DNA of 64,000 nucleotides from an uncultured delta proteobacterium (GCA_963713045.1 CAVQKE010000003.1:224001-288000), one strand, 5' to 3'. Positions 1 to 10,564 are shown, numbered from the stretch's first letter. Made by a program: numbers and translations. Notes: generated from the sequence alone by a model not told the origin.

Positions 1-183
1 GGCGAGGTCTCCTCTCGGGTGCCGTCCCGCTCCGGACGACGCTGCGGGCCGCGGTGGGCCTGGTCCGCTCCACTTTCCCTCACCTAGGGGGCGCAGCACG
101 CGGCCTCTTCGAAAACGCTGGGCTGCGAGTTGCCGCCGCTAGCCCCCGACGGGTGGCATCCGCCTAAATTCGCCAGGGGGCCG

Positions 184-1374
184 TTAGGCGCTGGAACGCC
201 CCGACAGCTTCGCCGAGGCGTCCAGGCTGTAGCTTCGTCCACGCCAATCCACATCCCGATTGAGCTTGGTGGAGAGGGTGACCAGCGCGGCGACAATTGG
301 CAGGACCACCGGAACCCAGAGATGCTTTACCGCCACCGACGGGCCGCCGAGCCGCTTCTGAAGGTCGAGCTGGCTCCAGACGAAGAGCGCCGCAGCAGCC
401 GCCGGGAGCACCATTCCGAGCCAAGCGCCAGACGCCAGCGCAGCTGCCGTCGCAGCGAGCGCGGAGAAGTAGAGGATGCCGCGGACCCAATTGGGGCGGA
501 CAAAGCTTGCCGGCAGCCCACCTTGAGAAAATAGCATCCAACGGCGGAAGACGCGGATGAATTGAGTCAGTCCGAGCCGGCCGGTGACGACGCGCAGCGG
601 GAAGGGAACCATGACATTCTTGAGCCCGGCCCGCGCGATGCACTGGCCGATGTACATGTCGTCGACGAATTGGCCTTCGGCACACCGGACGCCCCCCACC
701 GCGGCCAGCGCGGCACGGGTAAAGACCATCATCTGCCCCATGATGAAGGGCAACTCACCCCGCTCGCCGGCGGCCAGCGCGACCGAGGCGCTGTACCAGG
801 GGTTCACCAACAGCTCGTACGCCACGTCTCCGGCCTGAGTTTCGTCGGACTGGGCGATGATGGGAGCGAAGGTATCGCCAGCGTCCGGGTGGGCCACCAA
901 CTCTTCGACCAGGACCCGCAATAAGTGCGGACCGGGGCGCGTGTCTGAGTCGCTGTACGCAATGAGCTCGCCGCCAGCGCGAGCCTCCCCCATCATCATC
1001 GCGTTCAGTTTGCCGGTACGGCCGGGAGGAGGTTTACCGGCGAGTAGCACCTCGGCGCGCCGGTTGCTCGACGCGGGGTGTGCCTCGACCAGCTCCAGCA
1101 TCACCGGATAGGCGGGGTCAGATGGCGTGTCGAGAATGAAGAGCGTCTCCAACTCGCCAGGGTAGGCTTGATTGAGTAGGGCCTCGGCATTTTCGCGGGA
1201 TCCGATGTCTAGTCCTCGAATCGGTCGAATCATCGTCACCGCCGGGTACCGGGGAAGCCGCGCAGGGGGGACGACCGGCCGTTGAATGGCCCGTGCCATT
1301 TGACGATGTCCCAGGAGAATGAGGGCGAAAATGACAGCGCCCATCACCGAGTAGAAAGCAGCAAACCCGGTCAT
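184..1374 (-). CDS. Glycosyltransferase, ceramide glucosyltransferase/HpnI-like (GT2/GT21)
   Basis: N-terminal TM helix, IRPIRG, GKLNAM, SDSD, DDMYIG and FRRW motifs. Start taken at MTGFAAF, an ATGA overlap with the MMPL stop at 1371-1374. Confidence 0.8.
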   Translation of the reverse strand: MTGFAAFYSVMGAVIFALILLGHRQMARAIQRPVVPPARLPRYPAVTMIRPIRGLDIGSRENAEALLNQAYPGELETLFILDTPSDPAYPVMLELVEAHPASSNRRAEVLLAGKPPPGRTGKLNAMMMGEARAGGELIAYSDSDTRPGPHLLRVLVEELVAHPDAGDTFAPIIAQSDETQAGDVAYELLVNPWYSASVALAAGERGELPFIMGQMMVFTRAALAAVGGVRCAEGQFVDDMYIGQCIARAGLKNVMVPFPLRVVTGRLGLTQFIRVFRRWMLFSQGGLPASFVRPNWVRGILYFSALAATAAALASGAWLGMVLPAAAAALFVWSQLDLQKRLGGPSVAVKHLWVPVVLPIVAALVTLSTKLNRDVDWRGRSYSLDASAKLSGRSSA

Positions 1375-3620
1375 GGGAGAATCTCCCGGTGCCGCGCACG
1401 AAGCCCGGCAAAAGCTCGGGCAATCGGGGCGGGCGCCCACCAGTTGAGATGCCCAAGCAGCCGCATCGTCGATGGAACGATGAGCACTCGCACCAGGGTG
1501 GCATCCAGCATCACCGCAATGGCCATCGCTACGCCCATCGCCTTCACCACCACCACCGTCGCAAGGCCGAACGCCAAAAAAACAGCCACCATGATGGACG
1601 CGGCGCTGGTGATGAGGCCGGCACTCTTCTCCAGACCCTCGGCGACGGCACGCGTGTTGTCGCCACTACGAAGCCATTCCTCTTGCATCCGGCTGAGCAG
1701 AAGAACTTCGTAGTCCATCGACAGGCCGAAGACAGTGCAGAACAAGAGGACGGGAAGCGCCGGTTCGATGGGTCCGGGGTGAAAGTGCAATAGCCAGCTG
1801 AGGTGACCCTCCTGAAAAATCCACACCAACGCGCCAAACGCACCGGCGATGGACAGAAGGTTCATGAGGACTGCTTTCACAGGCAGCACCAGGCTCCCAA
1901 GTAGCAGAAAGAGGACGACCAGCGTCACCCCCACCACCCAAGCCACGGCTTTGGGGGTGTGACCACGAACGAAATCCGTGGCATCCACGGCATGGGCCAG
2001 CTCTCCCCCCACGAGGACTTGACCGTCTCCCACCCGTCTCTGCGCTCGGACGGCCTCCACCAAGCTCTGTGCCTCCGGACTCGCGGGCTGCGCGGAACTG
2101 AGAACGTTGAGCACAGTCAGTCGCCCAGCGACGCTGCTGCGGAGAGCCAACGCAAATTCCGGTGGGAGGAAAGCCGGGGGCATAGCGGCCAGCTGCTCAT
2201 AACCGTCCCGGTCGAGGCTAGGGTCGATGTCGACAATGCTCTCAACACCAGTCACCGTCGGCAGCGCCCGGTAGCGTTGGCTCGCGTCATACAGCGCCCC
2301 CACGCGTTTCGGCGTGAAGGCGTCCCCATTCGGAAACTGCACCGCCACCACCACTCGGTTCGCCACCTGTGCCGGGAACCACTGTTGCAGCGCCTCGTAG
2401 CCTTGCCGCGCCTCGGCAGTCTCGGGCAAGACGCGAACGTCCGCGGCGGCCATGCGAAGACGGAGAAACGGTGCGCCGATGAACAGAAGCAGAGCGAGTG
2501 TCGGAACCAACACCAAGACCGGCCGGCGCATCACCCAGCTGGCCAGGGCGTGCCAGAGCCCGGGCCGGGTGGCCAACGACGGCAGCGGAACACGACCTCC
2601 ATCAATCCGTCGGCCAACGATGGCCAGGACTGCTGGGAGAAGGCTGAGCGCGAACAGCACCGCCAGCGCGACCACCAACGCCCCAGCCAACCCCATGGTT
2701 GCCAAGTAGGAGCCCCAATAGAAGAGAAGGCCAGACAGCCCGACCATCACTGCGAGACCCGAGAAGGCCACCGCCCGACCCGAAGTCTCAACCGCATGAA
2801 TGACTGCCTCGTCGACGGAGATGCCTCCTGCGAGCTCGTCCCGGAAGCGGCTCACCATGAACAGCGAGTAGTCAATCGCCACTCCCAGTCCAATCAGGGA
2901 GGTGATGTTCACCGTGTACTGCGCCATGTTGGTGACGTGGGAAAGCAGCAGTACTCCACCAATGCCGCACAGGACTGAGAGTGCGCCGATTACAATCGGA
3001 AGCGCCGCTGCTACCAGCGAGCCGAACACCGCGACCAGAACGACCAGCGCTAAGGGAAGTGAGATGAGCTCGGCCTGGAGCAAGTCATGTTCGAGTGCGA
3101 CATCCAGGTCGTGGACGAAGGGCGCCCGGCCAGTAGCCAAGACTTGGAGCGGAGCCGTCTGGAGCCGTGCGCGAAGAGCTGGATACGCGCGGGCTGCAGC
3201 GCTTAGGTCCCCCTGAAGCGTCACCACCGCTAGGGCACGGTGCCCGTCACGGGAGACGAGGCGCTTGGCCAGGAGCGGCGGCAGCTCAAAAGGGTTGGCG
3301 ACGCTGGCGACATCGGGGTCGGCAGCAACTGAGGCCAAGGCCGTCCGCATCCCTGCGGCGAAACGTGGATCCGCCACAGTGAAGTTCGGGGAATTGAAGA
3401 CCAGCGTAAACGTGGTGTCGCCGGGGAGCGCGAGTGTCCTCTCCACCAGCGCCTGGGTGCGGTCTGCTTCGATGCCCTCAATGGATCCCGTGGTAAGCGG
3501 CCCACCGCGGAAGAAAGAGGCGAGCGCGCCGACCAGTGGCAAGACGCTGAGCGCAAGCACCCACCACTTGCGACGACAGATGAAGGCTCCCCAGGCGGCA
3601 AACATTTCGCCGGGCTCCAT
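1371..3620 (-). CDS. MMPL family (RND) lipid transporter
   Basis: Two TM clusters with GLGVAIDYSLFMVSRFRDEL and FGLSMDYEVLLLSRMQEE signatures. Start uncertain (3605, 3620 or 3653). Confidence 0.92.
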   Translation of the reverse strand: MEPGEMFAAWGAFICRRKWWVLALSVLPLVGALASFFRGGPLTTGSIEGIEADRTQALVERTLALPGDTTFTLVFNSPNFTVADPRFAAGMRTALASVAADPDVASVANPFELPPLLAKRLVSRDGHRALAVVTLQGDLSAAARAYPALRARLQTAPLQVLATGRAPFVHDLDVALEHDLLQAELISLPLALVVLVAVFGSLVAAALPIVIGALSVLCGIGGVLLLSHVTNMAQYTVNITSLIGLGVAIDYSLFMVSRFRDELAGGISVDEAVIHAVETSGRAVAFSGLAVMVGLSGLLFYWGSYLATMGLAGALVVALAVLFALSLLPAVLAIVGRRIDGGRVPLPSLATRPGLWHALASWVMRRPVLVLVPTLALLLFIGAPFLRLRMAAADVRVLPETAEARQGYEALQQWFPAQVANRVVVAVQFPNGDAFTPKRVGALYDASQRYRALPTVTGVESIVDIDPSLDRDGYEQLAAMPPAFLPPEFALALRSSVAGRLTVLNVLSSAQPASPEAQSLVEAVRAQRRVGDGQVLVGGELAHAVDATDFVRGHTPKAVAWVVGVTLVVLFLLLGSLVLPVKAVLMNLLSIAGAFGALVWIFQEGHLSWLLHFHPGPIEPALPVLLFCTVFGLSMDYEVLLLSRMQEEWLRSGDNTRAVAEGLEKSAGLITSAASIMVAVFLAFGLATVVVVKAMGVAMAIAVMLDATLVRVLIVPSTMRLLGHLNWWAPAPIARAFAGLRARHREILP

Positions 3621-3665
3621 AGCACGCCCCAAGGGGCATTCAGCTGCACCCACTGCGGCTGAAAG

Positions 3666-4331
3666 CTAAGGCGCGCGCCGCGATGCGGCTAGTAGCACTG
3701 CTGCGAGAGCGGCCAAGACGACGACACCGCCCAGTGGACTCCGGTGAAAAGCAGCGAGGAGAAAGCCCGAGACACCAAGCCCCAAAGCGAGAACGACCCA
3801 ACCCCGGAGTGCTGAGCTCCGCACCGAATGGAGCCAAGTGGGTGTCCCGGGACGATCCGACTCATCGAGGGCGAGTTGCGTTCGATGTGCCCCGGCCACA
3901 CCTTGGGAAGCAGGCGCCGCCCCGTCCTGCTCCTCTTGCCTCAGCTTTTGGAGCCGACTCAGCTCCTCGGCTTCACGCTGGCGTTCGGCGGTTGCGTCGG
4001 CCCAGAGTCGCTCGTTGAACGCCTTGTTCTCGGCCGTGTCCAACCTTGCCTCGCAATGCCCGCACACGGTGCTAAGTCGACTGCTGTCGGCGCCACACCG
4101 GATGCAACGGACAAAAGGCTGCCCAGGGTCATACCCGTCGAGAACAACTGGTTGCTCCACCTCTGGAGCAAAGCGCTCAAGGTGTGTCACGGGGTGACTC
4201 ACCAAGCCGGCTGAGGAGTTCGTGTCCGACGCCTCTTCGAGTGTGGCAAAGCGAGTGGAGGCAGCCGAAGCGGGTCGCTCGCAGTCATTGCGAACACGCT
4301 CCAGGCGGAGAAATCGGGCCAGTTGCCTCAC
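3666..4331 (-). CDS. Hypothetical membrane protein with zinc ribbon
   Basis: CIRC...CGHC, a coiled segment and two C-terminal TM helices. GTGA overlap with the AAA gene stop, but the true start may lie further downstream. Confidence 0.55.
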   Translation of the reverse strand: MRQLARFLRLERVRNDCERPASAASTRFATLEEASDTNSSAGLVSHPVTHLERFAPEVEQPVVLDGYDPGQPFVRCIRCGADSSRLSTVCGHCEARLDTAENKAFNERLWADATAERQREAEELSRLQKLRQEEQDGAAPASQGVAGAHRTQLALDESDRPGTPTWLHSVRSSALRGWVVLALGLGVSGFLLAAFHRSPLGGVVVLAALAAVLLAASRRAP

Positions 4332-5890
4332 GCTGGAGCCCCCGCCTTCCGCGATGCGGGCCGAGTGCGCCGCGAAGCCCAGACCCGAAGCCGCTCCACT
4401 TCTTCGGCCAACGTCACGGCGAGGGGGAAGGTCTGCGCGACGGCAGTCAACAGGTGAACGGTTGCCAGTTCGACACCCTGCGCGAACGCCAGGTACAAGC
4501 CCTCCACCACCACTTGCTCGAGCTCGGCTCCACTGAAATTCGGAGCCCGAGCCGCCACCTGGGCCAAGTCGAAAGTCGCTGGGTCACGGCCCCGATGGCG
4601 GATGTGTATGGCGAGAATTTCGGTACGCTCGCGGACATCAGGCAAGTCGATGAAGAAAATCTCATCGAAGCGTCCCTTGCGCAGAAGCTCGGGGGGAAGT
4701 CCTTCGACCCGATTGGCAGTGGCCACAACGAAGACCGCTGCCTTCTTTTCCTGAAGCCAGGTGAGGAAGGTGCCCAAGACTCGAGCCGAGACACCTGCGT
4801 CCGCGGCTCCGGAGGACGCTGCACCGGCCAGGGCCTTGTCGATTTCATCCACCCAAAGGACCGCCGGTGCGGCACTCTCAGCAACGCGAATTGCCCGGCG
4901 GAGGTTCTCCTCGGAGGAGCCGACGAACCCGCTGAAGATGCGGCCCACGTCCAAGCGCAGCAGGGGCAGGGTCCATTGCGAAGCAATGGCCTTCGCGGTG
5001 AGGCTCTTGCCACAGCCTTGGACGCCGAGCAGCAGTAACCCCTTTGGCTCGGGCAACCCAAAGCGGCGAGCGGCCTCGCCAAACGCTGCTGCCCGTCTTC
5101 CGAGCCAGTCCTTGAGGTTTTCGAGCCCACCCACGCCATGCAGGTCGTGTTCTGCCGGGTAATACTCCAGCAGTCCGCTTTTGCGAATGACCTGCCGCTT
5201 CTCTTCCATCACTCGCTGAATGTCCGAGGCATCGAGCCGCTGGTCCTCCGCGATGGCCTTGGCGAAAGCGTTCTCTGCCTCCTGCAGAGTGAGCCCTAGA
5301 GCGGCTTTCACCAGCTTCTCACCCTCCTCCCGCTTAAGGTCGACCGTCGCTCGGCCTCCGCTACGCACGACGCCGATGATGTCGCGAAGTAACTCCGCGA
5401 GGTCACGGAACGTCGGAAGCGGAACGTCCAGCACACTCATTTCCTTCTCGAGCTCCACCGGAAGCTGGAGAACCGGAGCCAGAATAATGACGGTGGTGTA
5501 GGTACTCTTAAGCGCTTGCCCGAGCTCGCGTAGCGCGCGCACCACGCGCGGCTCTGCCAGGTAGGGGTGGAAGTCCTTCAGGACGACCAGGCTGGGCTCG
5601 CTGTAAGCGCCAACGGCCTGAAGCGCGGCGATGGGGTCCTCGGTACCTTCGCCCGGTGGAGGCTGGGCGCGCGCTCCTCCCATGCGGTGAAGGCCCTTGG
5701 TAATGGACCAGTTGAGAAGCACCTTGCCGTGGCTCTGAGCCATCTCCTCAAGAATGCCGTCGACCCGTGGCTCCTCGCTGCTCACGAGCCAAATCAGCGG
5801 GTTCCGCGCGCGAATGAGGGTATCCAGCTCACTCAAGAATCGGGGACGTGGCGGTGCAGCAGGGCTGGCGCGCTCGGGTTGGCCGGACAT
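4328..5890 (-). CDS. AAA+ ATPase, Ycf46 family
   Basis: Walker A GVQGCGKS, Walker B VLWVDEIDK, PPELLRKGRFDEIFF, and a Ycf46-type N-terminus (LKDFHPYL). Confidence 0.9.
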   Translation of the reverse strand: MSGQPERASPAAPPRPRFLSELDTLIRARNPLIWLVSSEEPRVDGILEEMAQSHGKVLLNWSITKGLHRMGGARAQPPPGEGTEDPIAALQAVGAYSEPSLVVLKDFHPYLAEPRVVRALRELGQALKSTYTTVIILAPVLQLPVELEKEMSVLDVPLPTFRDLAELLRDIIGVVRSGGRATVDLKREEGEKLVKAALGLTLQEAENAFAKAIAEDQRLDASDIQRVMEEKRQVIRKSGLLEYYPAEHDLHGVGGLENLKDWLGRRAAAFGEAARRFGLPEPKGLLLLGVQGCGKSLTAKAIASQWTLPLLRLDVGRIFSGFVGSSEENLRRAIRVAESAAPAVLWVDEIDKALAGAASSGAADAGVSARVLGTFLTWLQEKKAAVFVVATANRVEGLPPELLRKGRFDEIFFIDLPDVRERTEILAIHIRHRGRDPATFDLAQVAARAPNFSGAELEQVVVEGLYLAFAQGVELATVHLLTAVAQTFPLAVTLAEEVERLRVWASRRTRPASRKAGAPA

Positions 5891-5961
5891 GGCTGGACGG
5901 CAAGCTTAGCCCGGGGTTGGTGATTGACAGTCCCCCTGTACTGAACTTGTGTGCAGGTACG

Positions 5962-6366
5962 ATGAACCGCCACTCCCTCCTGGCAATGGTTGACACCCTG
6001 GGGAAGGCCTTCGCCGAACGTGGGCTGCACCACCACGTGGAAGAACTCAGGGTGTACTGGCTCGCGCTTTCCCGAGGACTAGCGGCGCCAGGACACCGGC
6101 TCAACATTGGCTGGTCCGAGGCGCTCGTCGTCGAGTGGTTTCGCCTCTTGCGGCTTCCTCCTCATGCGGACGACTACGCTGTCCACCCACCATCCAGTCC
6201 TTGCCCGCGTTGTCCCCGGTCAGGTGGCCATGCGGTTGAAGTGAAGACCGCCCTCACTTTCCCTGAAGGCCGAAAAGCGGTCTGCACCGTCTGTGGGACA
6301 GCGTGGCTCGAGTTAGACGTGTTGCGCGGTCAATCGCTCCACGCCGCTCAGCACGCGCCTCCCTAG
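5962..6366 (+). CDS. Hypothetical protein with CxxC...CxxC zinc-finger motif
   Basis: Divergent ORF containing CPRC and CTVC; ATG at 5962. Confidence 0.5.
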   Translation: MNRHSLLAMVDTLGKAFAERGLHHHVEELRVYWLALSRGLAAPGHRLNIGWSEALVVEWFRLLRLPPHADDYAVHPPSSPCPRCPRSGGHAVEVKTALTFPEGRKAVCTVCGTAWLELDVLRGQSLHAAQHAPP

Positions 6367-6454
6367 TCTGAGGTGCCGTCGACGCCGGCGGTCCTCCAGG
6401 CCGCGGCAAAACACGGCCCGTTTCGCTGCCGCGCGTGGGAAGCGGAGCGGTCGG

Positions 6455-6483
6455 TTGACGGGGAAGCCGACTCCGTTTAGAGA
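6455..6483 (+). promoter_or_regulatory. Possible sigma70 promoter of tRNA-Glu
   Basis: TTGACG-N17-TAGAGA just upstream of the tRNA; the -10 match is weak. Confidence 0.35.
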
Positions 6484-6504
6484 CGCCCCGTCGTCAAACA
6501 GGAC

Positions 6505-6576
6505 GGCCCTGTCGTCTAGTGGTTAGGACGGAGCCCTCTCACGGCTCAAACTCGGGTTCGAATCCCGGCAGGGTCA
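6505..6576 (+). tRNA. tRNA-Glu (anticodon CTC), CCA not encoded
   Basis: Acceptor GGCCCTG/CAGGGTC, D arm GTCTAGTGGTTAGGAC, anticodon arm GAGCC-CT-CTC-AC-GGCTC, T arm TCGGG-TTCGAAT-CCCGG. Confidence 0.96.
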
Positions 6577-6658
6577 CTCGCAGCACCCGGTTTTAGAGGA
6601 GAAACGGGGCTGGCTAAGTTTGAGGGGAGCCGAACGGGGATACGAAGAGGCCTCCGGG

Positions 6659-6897
6659 CTACAGCCCCACGAGATAGCGGGACTTCGCCGGCTTCTGCTT
6701 AAAGTAGTTCCCGTGCGTCGCTTCACCGTCTCCAGGGAGTCGGAGCCGATGAGGACGACTTCCAGGTTTTTCGCGTCCGCGTGCTCGCGCTCCGCTTGAG
6801 CGTAGGCGTTGAGGGCGGTAACAGCATCCTTGAATTCCTTGTGCTCCAGCGTCTCCGTCTCGTGGTCGAAGATGAGCAGATAGTGGTTGAGGCTCAT
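6659..6897 (-). pseudogene. Small Rv1366A-like partner protein, frameshifted
   Basis: RBS GAGGGAG, then MSLNHYLLIFDH...VVLIGSDSLETVKR. A 1-nt shift near 6720 restores THGNYFKQKPAKSRYLVGL*. Confidence 0.6.
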
Positions 6898-7613
6898 GGC
6901 TCCCTCTGCTCTAACGAAGAACGGAGCTGCTAGCTCGCGTGCCTTGCGATGGGCTTCTCGGAGGCTGTCCGGCACGGTTTCCCCACGGTCCTCATACGCC
7001 ATCGCCTCGGAAGCTAGGCGAAAAAAGTCGAGGACGGGTAGCGGCCCAAAGCCGCTCTTCAAGTCCTCGCCGAGCTTGCCCCCTTGGCGCTCAACGGCCA
7101 CTGCCCAGTCATGCTGGAATTCTGTCCGAAGCTGAACCTCGACCCGTCTGTCATCGTACTTCACCACGACGTGAACACCGCGATAGCCGGACTCCTTCTC
7201 CTTAGCGATGTAGTCGTAGGTCTTGACGACGCGCTTTGTCTTCTGCCACCGGGCTTCCAGCGCTCGGATTTCGCCACCGACTCGACCACTGCCCGGCAGC
7301 CAGCGAGGTCATGCATTCTGTCGAGGTCCATTTTTGGGTAGCGCTTCAGCTTGTCGAAGATGGTGGTGCGCCGCTTGAGCCGCTGGGAGACAACTCCCCG
7401 GGACTTGACCGTCTTCCCCCGCAGCATGTTCCGTAACACGACTGTGGCCTTGGCGAGTGGCTCGCGGTGAGCGGCTCGGTAGGCGTTCAGGACGTCGATG
7501 GCCTCAACAAGGTCCTCGTCGGTCGTGAGCAGCATCTGCTCGGTTCCGATGACGTAGGCGCGGATGACCTCGCCGGCCTTCCGGACCTGCGTCAGGCTGA
7601 AGGGAGGCGCCAC
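6898..7613 (-). pseudogene. RelA/SpoT-domain small alarmone synthetase-like protein (Rv1366-like), frameshifted
   Basis: QRLKRRTTIFDKLKR and MHDLAGCR, then after a shift near 7272 SGYRGVH and EVQLRT. Runs in frame into the partner gene without a stop. Confidence 0.8.
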
Positions 7614-8143
7614 CTAGGTACCCGTCGCCCGTCCTCGGAACGAGAAGATTCCCGCTCCCGAGGCCGGCTAGAGGATATAGCTGGAAGACAACTCGGTTTC
7701 AGGAGACAAATTCGACTCGGACTTCATCTCGGGGAGTCGCCCTGGGAGTCGAGCGTGAAGCGGTCTCCCGGCGAGGCTTCGTCCCCTTCTCTCTTCTACG
7801 TCAGAGGCAGTCGCTTTGGTATTGCTCGACTATGCCCGACTGGTTGAAGACGTTGCTCGTTGCTCTGGTGGCCTAGTTAACATCACCAACAACATCCTGA
7901 CGAGTCGGCGTGAGAGACCAGCCCGCTTCGTGGCGCAGATGGTCCCTTCGGTCGGACACGAAACCGATGCGGCGATTATCAGCGCCAAAGGAAAGACCCT
8001 GCTGAACCTGGAGGAGATGGGTCGGCTCACGAAGTTTGGACGGCGCAACAGGCGGCTTTCAGCAAGGGGGAAGGGCTGGACACACTGCCGGACGGCACTG
8101 CGCCTCGACCCTAAGACATCTCAGGCGAGTCCGAGGAGCGACC

Positions 8144-9131
8144 ATGGATGGCTCGGGGTTCAAGTACGGGATGCTCGGGCTCGACGAAACTGACAAGCCC
8201 GCGCAGAAGTTACGACGATTCGAAGGTGACACCTTCCAATGGTTCACGTCTGCCAAGGCCATCGCCTAGCACCGAGGAGTTCGAGCACTGGAAAGACACT
8301 ATCGGCACCCTCGAATGGGACGCCACGATTGCCAAGGAACAGCGTCTGCTTCTCCTTCGAATGCGAAGCGCTCGACCTTCAGTGCTTGACCTGGAGAACA
8401 AAGCGCTCGCCGAGCGCTTGGGGCGGGCGTGGCTCGGCTGGATAATTCCGCCGCCCAACCGTCCCTGGGCATATCGACCGTGGGTGGCAACGGGCGAGGC
8501 CATGGATGTTTCCCCCACAGAGCTTGCTGAAGTCAGTTCGGGACTTCGGTCGGTATCTAGAGGTCGTGCGGCCCTTCTATGCGCACCAGGATGCCTTTTG
8601 GGACCGGAAGAAGAGGACCGAATGGCCTTCCAGTCGAACCCACCTTTGAAAGGTGGGTGAGCCTGGACAACCTACTCACTCAGAAGCCGCCTCGAATTCT
8701 CAACGTCGCGATTCGCGTGCTTGTCGAAGCGCTCGCGCGGGAGCCCGCTCGAAGCACGAATACCGGAGCTAGTCCGGGCATCGGAATGCATCCTTGGGCT
8801 TCCAAGCGGTAAAGGTCGGGTCGAGTTCGCCGCGAGAGCCCTGAAACTCGTGCCGACCCTGCGAAGTGACTGGTTCGTCGGCAGGGGCGTTCAAAACCGA
8901 TTGCTCAAGCTCTACCAGCACCGGAGTGACTGTGTGCACGGGAAGATTCCCTTCGAGGAGTTGCACAGACGCGGTGCCGCGGGCACAGTGGAAGCAGCTC
9001 GCTTCGAATATCTCGCGGAGCTTCTCGCTCGCGAGTCCGTGGTCTTTGCGCTCGAGCGTCCTGGAATCTGGCATCACTTTGCGGGCCGTAACCTGCTTGA
9101 AGCCGCTTGGCAGTCGGGCGCGATTCCATGA
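8144..9131 (+). pseudogene. Degraded HEPN-domain (Apea-like) protein
   Basis: RBS GAGGAG plus ATG at 8144; pieces spread over several frames; C-terminal LYQHRSDCVHG carries the HEPN RxxxxH motif. Confidence 0.5.
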
Positions 9132-9203
9132 CGACACGCGAAGGCCGCATCAAGGGGGGAGACGCACGTGGATGATGACCTGAAGGAGGGAATCGAAGCG
9201 GCC

Positions 9204-10341
9204 CGTCCTGGCTACTTTGTTCATCCGAGCGTCGTTCACGGCTCACGCGGCGCGGCGATAGTCATGATGTAGCCCTTTGAGGACCGGAATCGCGATGATG
9301 TCGCCGGCACGCTCTGGCAATCGAGGGACAGGCTGCTTTTGGTCAATGCCCTGATGCGGCCGAGCTCCATTGTAGAAGCGCACGAATTCGGCGACCAGAC
9401 TTCGGAGGTGCGGTTCATTGAATATGAGCACGTGGTCGAGCAGCTCACGACGGAGGGTGCCGACGAACCGCTCAGCGAAAGCGTTCATGTTCGGCGCGCA
9501 GGGAGCCGACCGCACGACGGACGCTCCGGCGCCTTCGAACGCCCTAACGAAGCAGCGGCCAAACTTCGCGTCACGGTCGCAGACCAGCACCTCGGGTGCA
9601 CCCTCTAACGTCGCGTTCCTCGCTTGCTGTGCACACCAGTCGTCGGTGGGATTGTATGTCACGGCAGCGCGAATGACTTTTCGGCGACTTAGGTCGAGGA
9701 AGAAGAGAACAAACACTTGCCGAAAACGCGCGTCGTAGGTCTGCACGAAGTCGCAAACCCACGTGACGTGGTTGCCGATGAAGGTCGCCCAGCGCTGCCC
9801 GTCTCCGGGCGGCCGCCTCTTCATGTACCTTTGAATGGTTCGCTTCGTGACGTGGATTCCTAGCTTGAGGAGTTCGCCCCGAATTCGCTCCGCCCCCCAG
9901 CGGGGATTGTTCGAGTTCACTTCGCGGATGAGCGCCGCGAGGCCGGTCGGCTTCCGGCCTCCTGGACGGGAGCGCCATCGCCAGAAGAGGCGGAAACCTT
10001 CTCGGTGCCACCGCAGCACCGTTGCCGGCTGGACCAGCGTCACCGCTGTTCGCCAAGTCCCGGTCCACCTCGCAAGGACGGCGATGGTCCACTGCTGCGC
10101 GGGCGACCAACGCACGCGCTTGCCCCTGAGCCGACACTTCGCCACCACCAACTGTTGCCGGAGGAGTTCGTTCTCTGCGACGAGCGAGGCGCGCGAGCGG
10201 AGCAGTCCCACCACGAATCGCCACAGGACACCAAGCATCATTGCGGTAAGCTACCAGTCTGAACTCTGAAGCTCGAAGGTCTGCGCGCCCAAGCCTGGCG
10301 ACGCCGGGAAGCACGCGCGGCTGGAGAAAGTAGCCAGCACG
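9204..10341 (-). mobile_element. IS element copy 1, rve/DDE transposase (IS481/IS3-like)
   Basis: Terminal IR CGT(G/C)CTGGCTACTTT at both ends; near-identical inverted copy at 30398-31521. Confidence 0.85.
9243..10241 (-). CDS. Transposase with integrase core (rve) domain
   Basis: [44 protein letters not shown] and YNGARPHQG motifs. Confidence 0.9.
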   Translation of the reverse strand: MMLGVLWRFVVGLLRSRASLVAENELLRQQLVVAKCRLRGKRVRWSPAQQWTIAVLARWTGTWRTAVTLVQPATVLRWHREGFRLFWRWRSRPGGRKPTGLAALIREVNSNNPRWGAERIRGELLKLGIHVTKRTIQRYMKRRPPGDGQRWATFIGNHVTWVCDFVQTYDARFRQVFVLFFLDLSRRKVIRAAVTYNPTDDWCAQQARNATLEGAPEVLVCDRDAKFGRCFVRAFEGAGASVVRSAPCAPNMNAFAERFVGTLRRELLDHVLIFNEPHLRSLVAEFVRFYNGARPHQGIDQKQPVPRLPERAGDIIAIPVLKGLHHDYRRAA

Positions 10342-10342
10342 C

Positions 10343-10564
10343 CTAGTCCGGGCGCGTCGACTGAGTCGGGCAACGATGCGCAACATCCGCGAAAATCTCT
10401 TCTTCGCCTTCGCGTACAACCTTTTGGGTGTCCCAATCGCGGCTGGCGTCCTTCACCCCGCCTTCGGTTTGCTTCTCAGCCCGATGTTCGCGAGCGCAGC
10501 AATGTCGCTTAGCTCGGTGTCTGTCATCGCCAATGCGCTTCGGCTACGGAACGTCAAGCTGTAA
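10343..10564 (+). pseudogene. copA: C-terminal remnant of a copper P1B-type ATPase, truncated by the IS
   Basis: [35 protein letters not shown]...[18 protein letters not shown], beginning at the IS end. Confidence 0.85.

Noticed and set aside
1959..2978. Long antisense ORFs such as 1959-2978, 11301-12329 and 57769-58743
   Set aside because: Shadow frames opposite well-supported genes, as expected in high-GC DNA.
7816..8193. 125-aa ORF upstream of the HEPN relic
   Set aside because: May be a gene fragment, but it has no clear start or recognisable family.
9243..10241. The rve protein as the integrase for the tRNA repeats
   Set aside because: It is a DDE transposase with its own inverted repeats; tRNA-site integration is normally done by tyrosine or serine recombinases.
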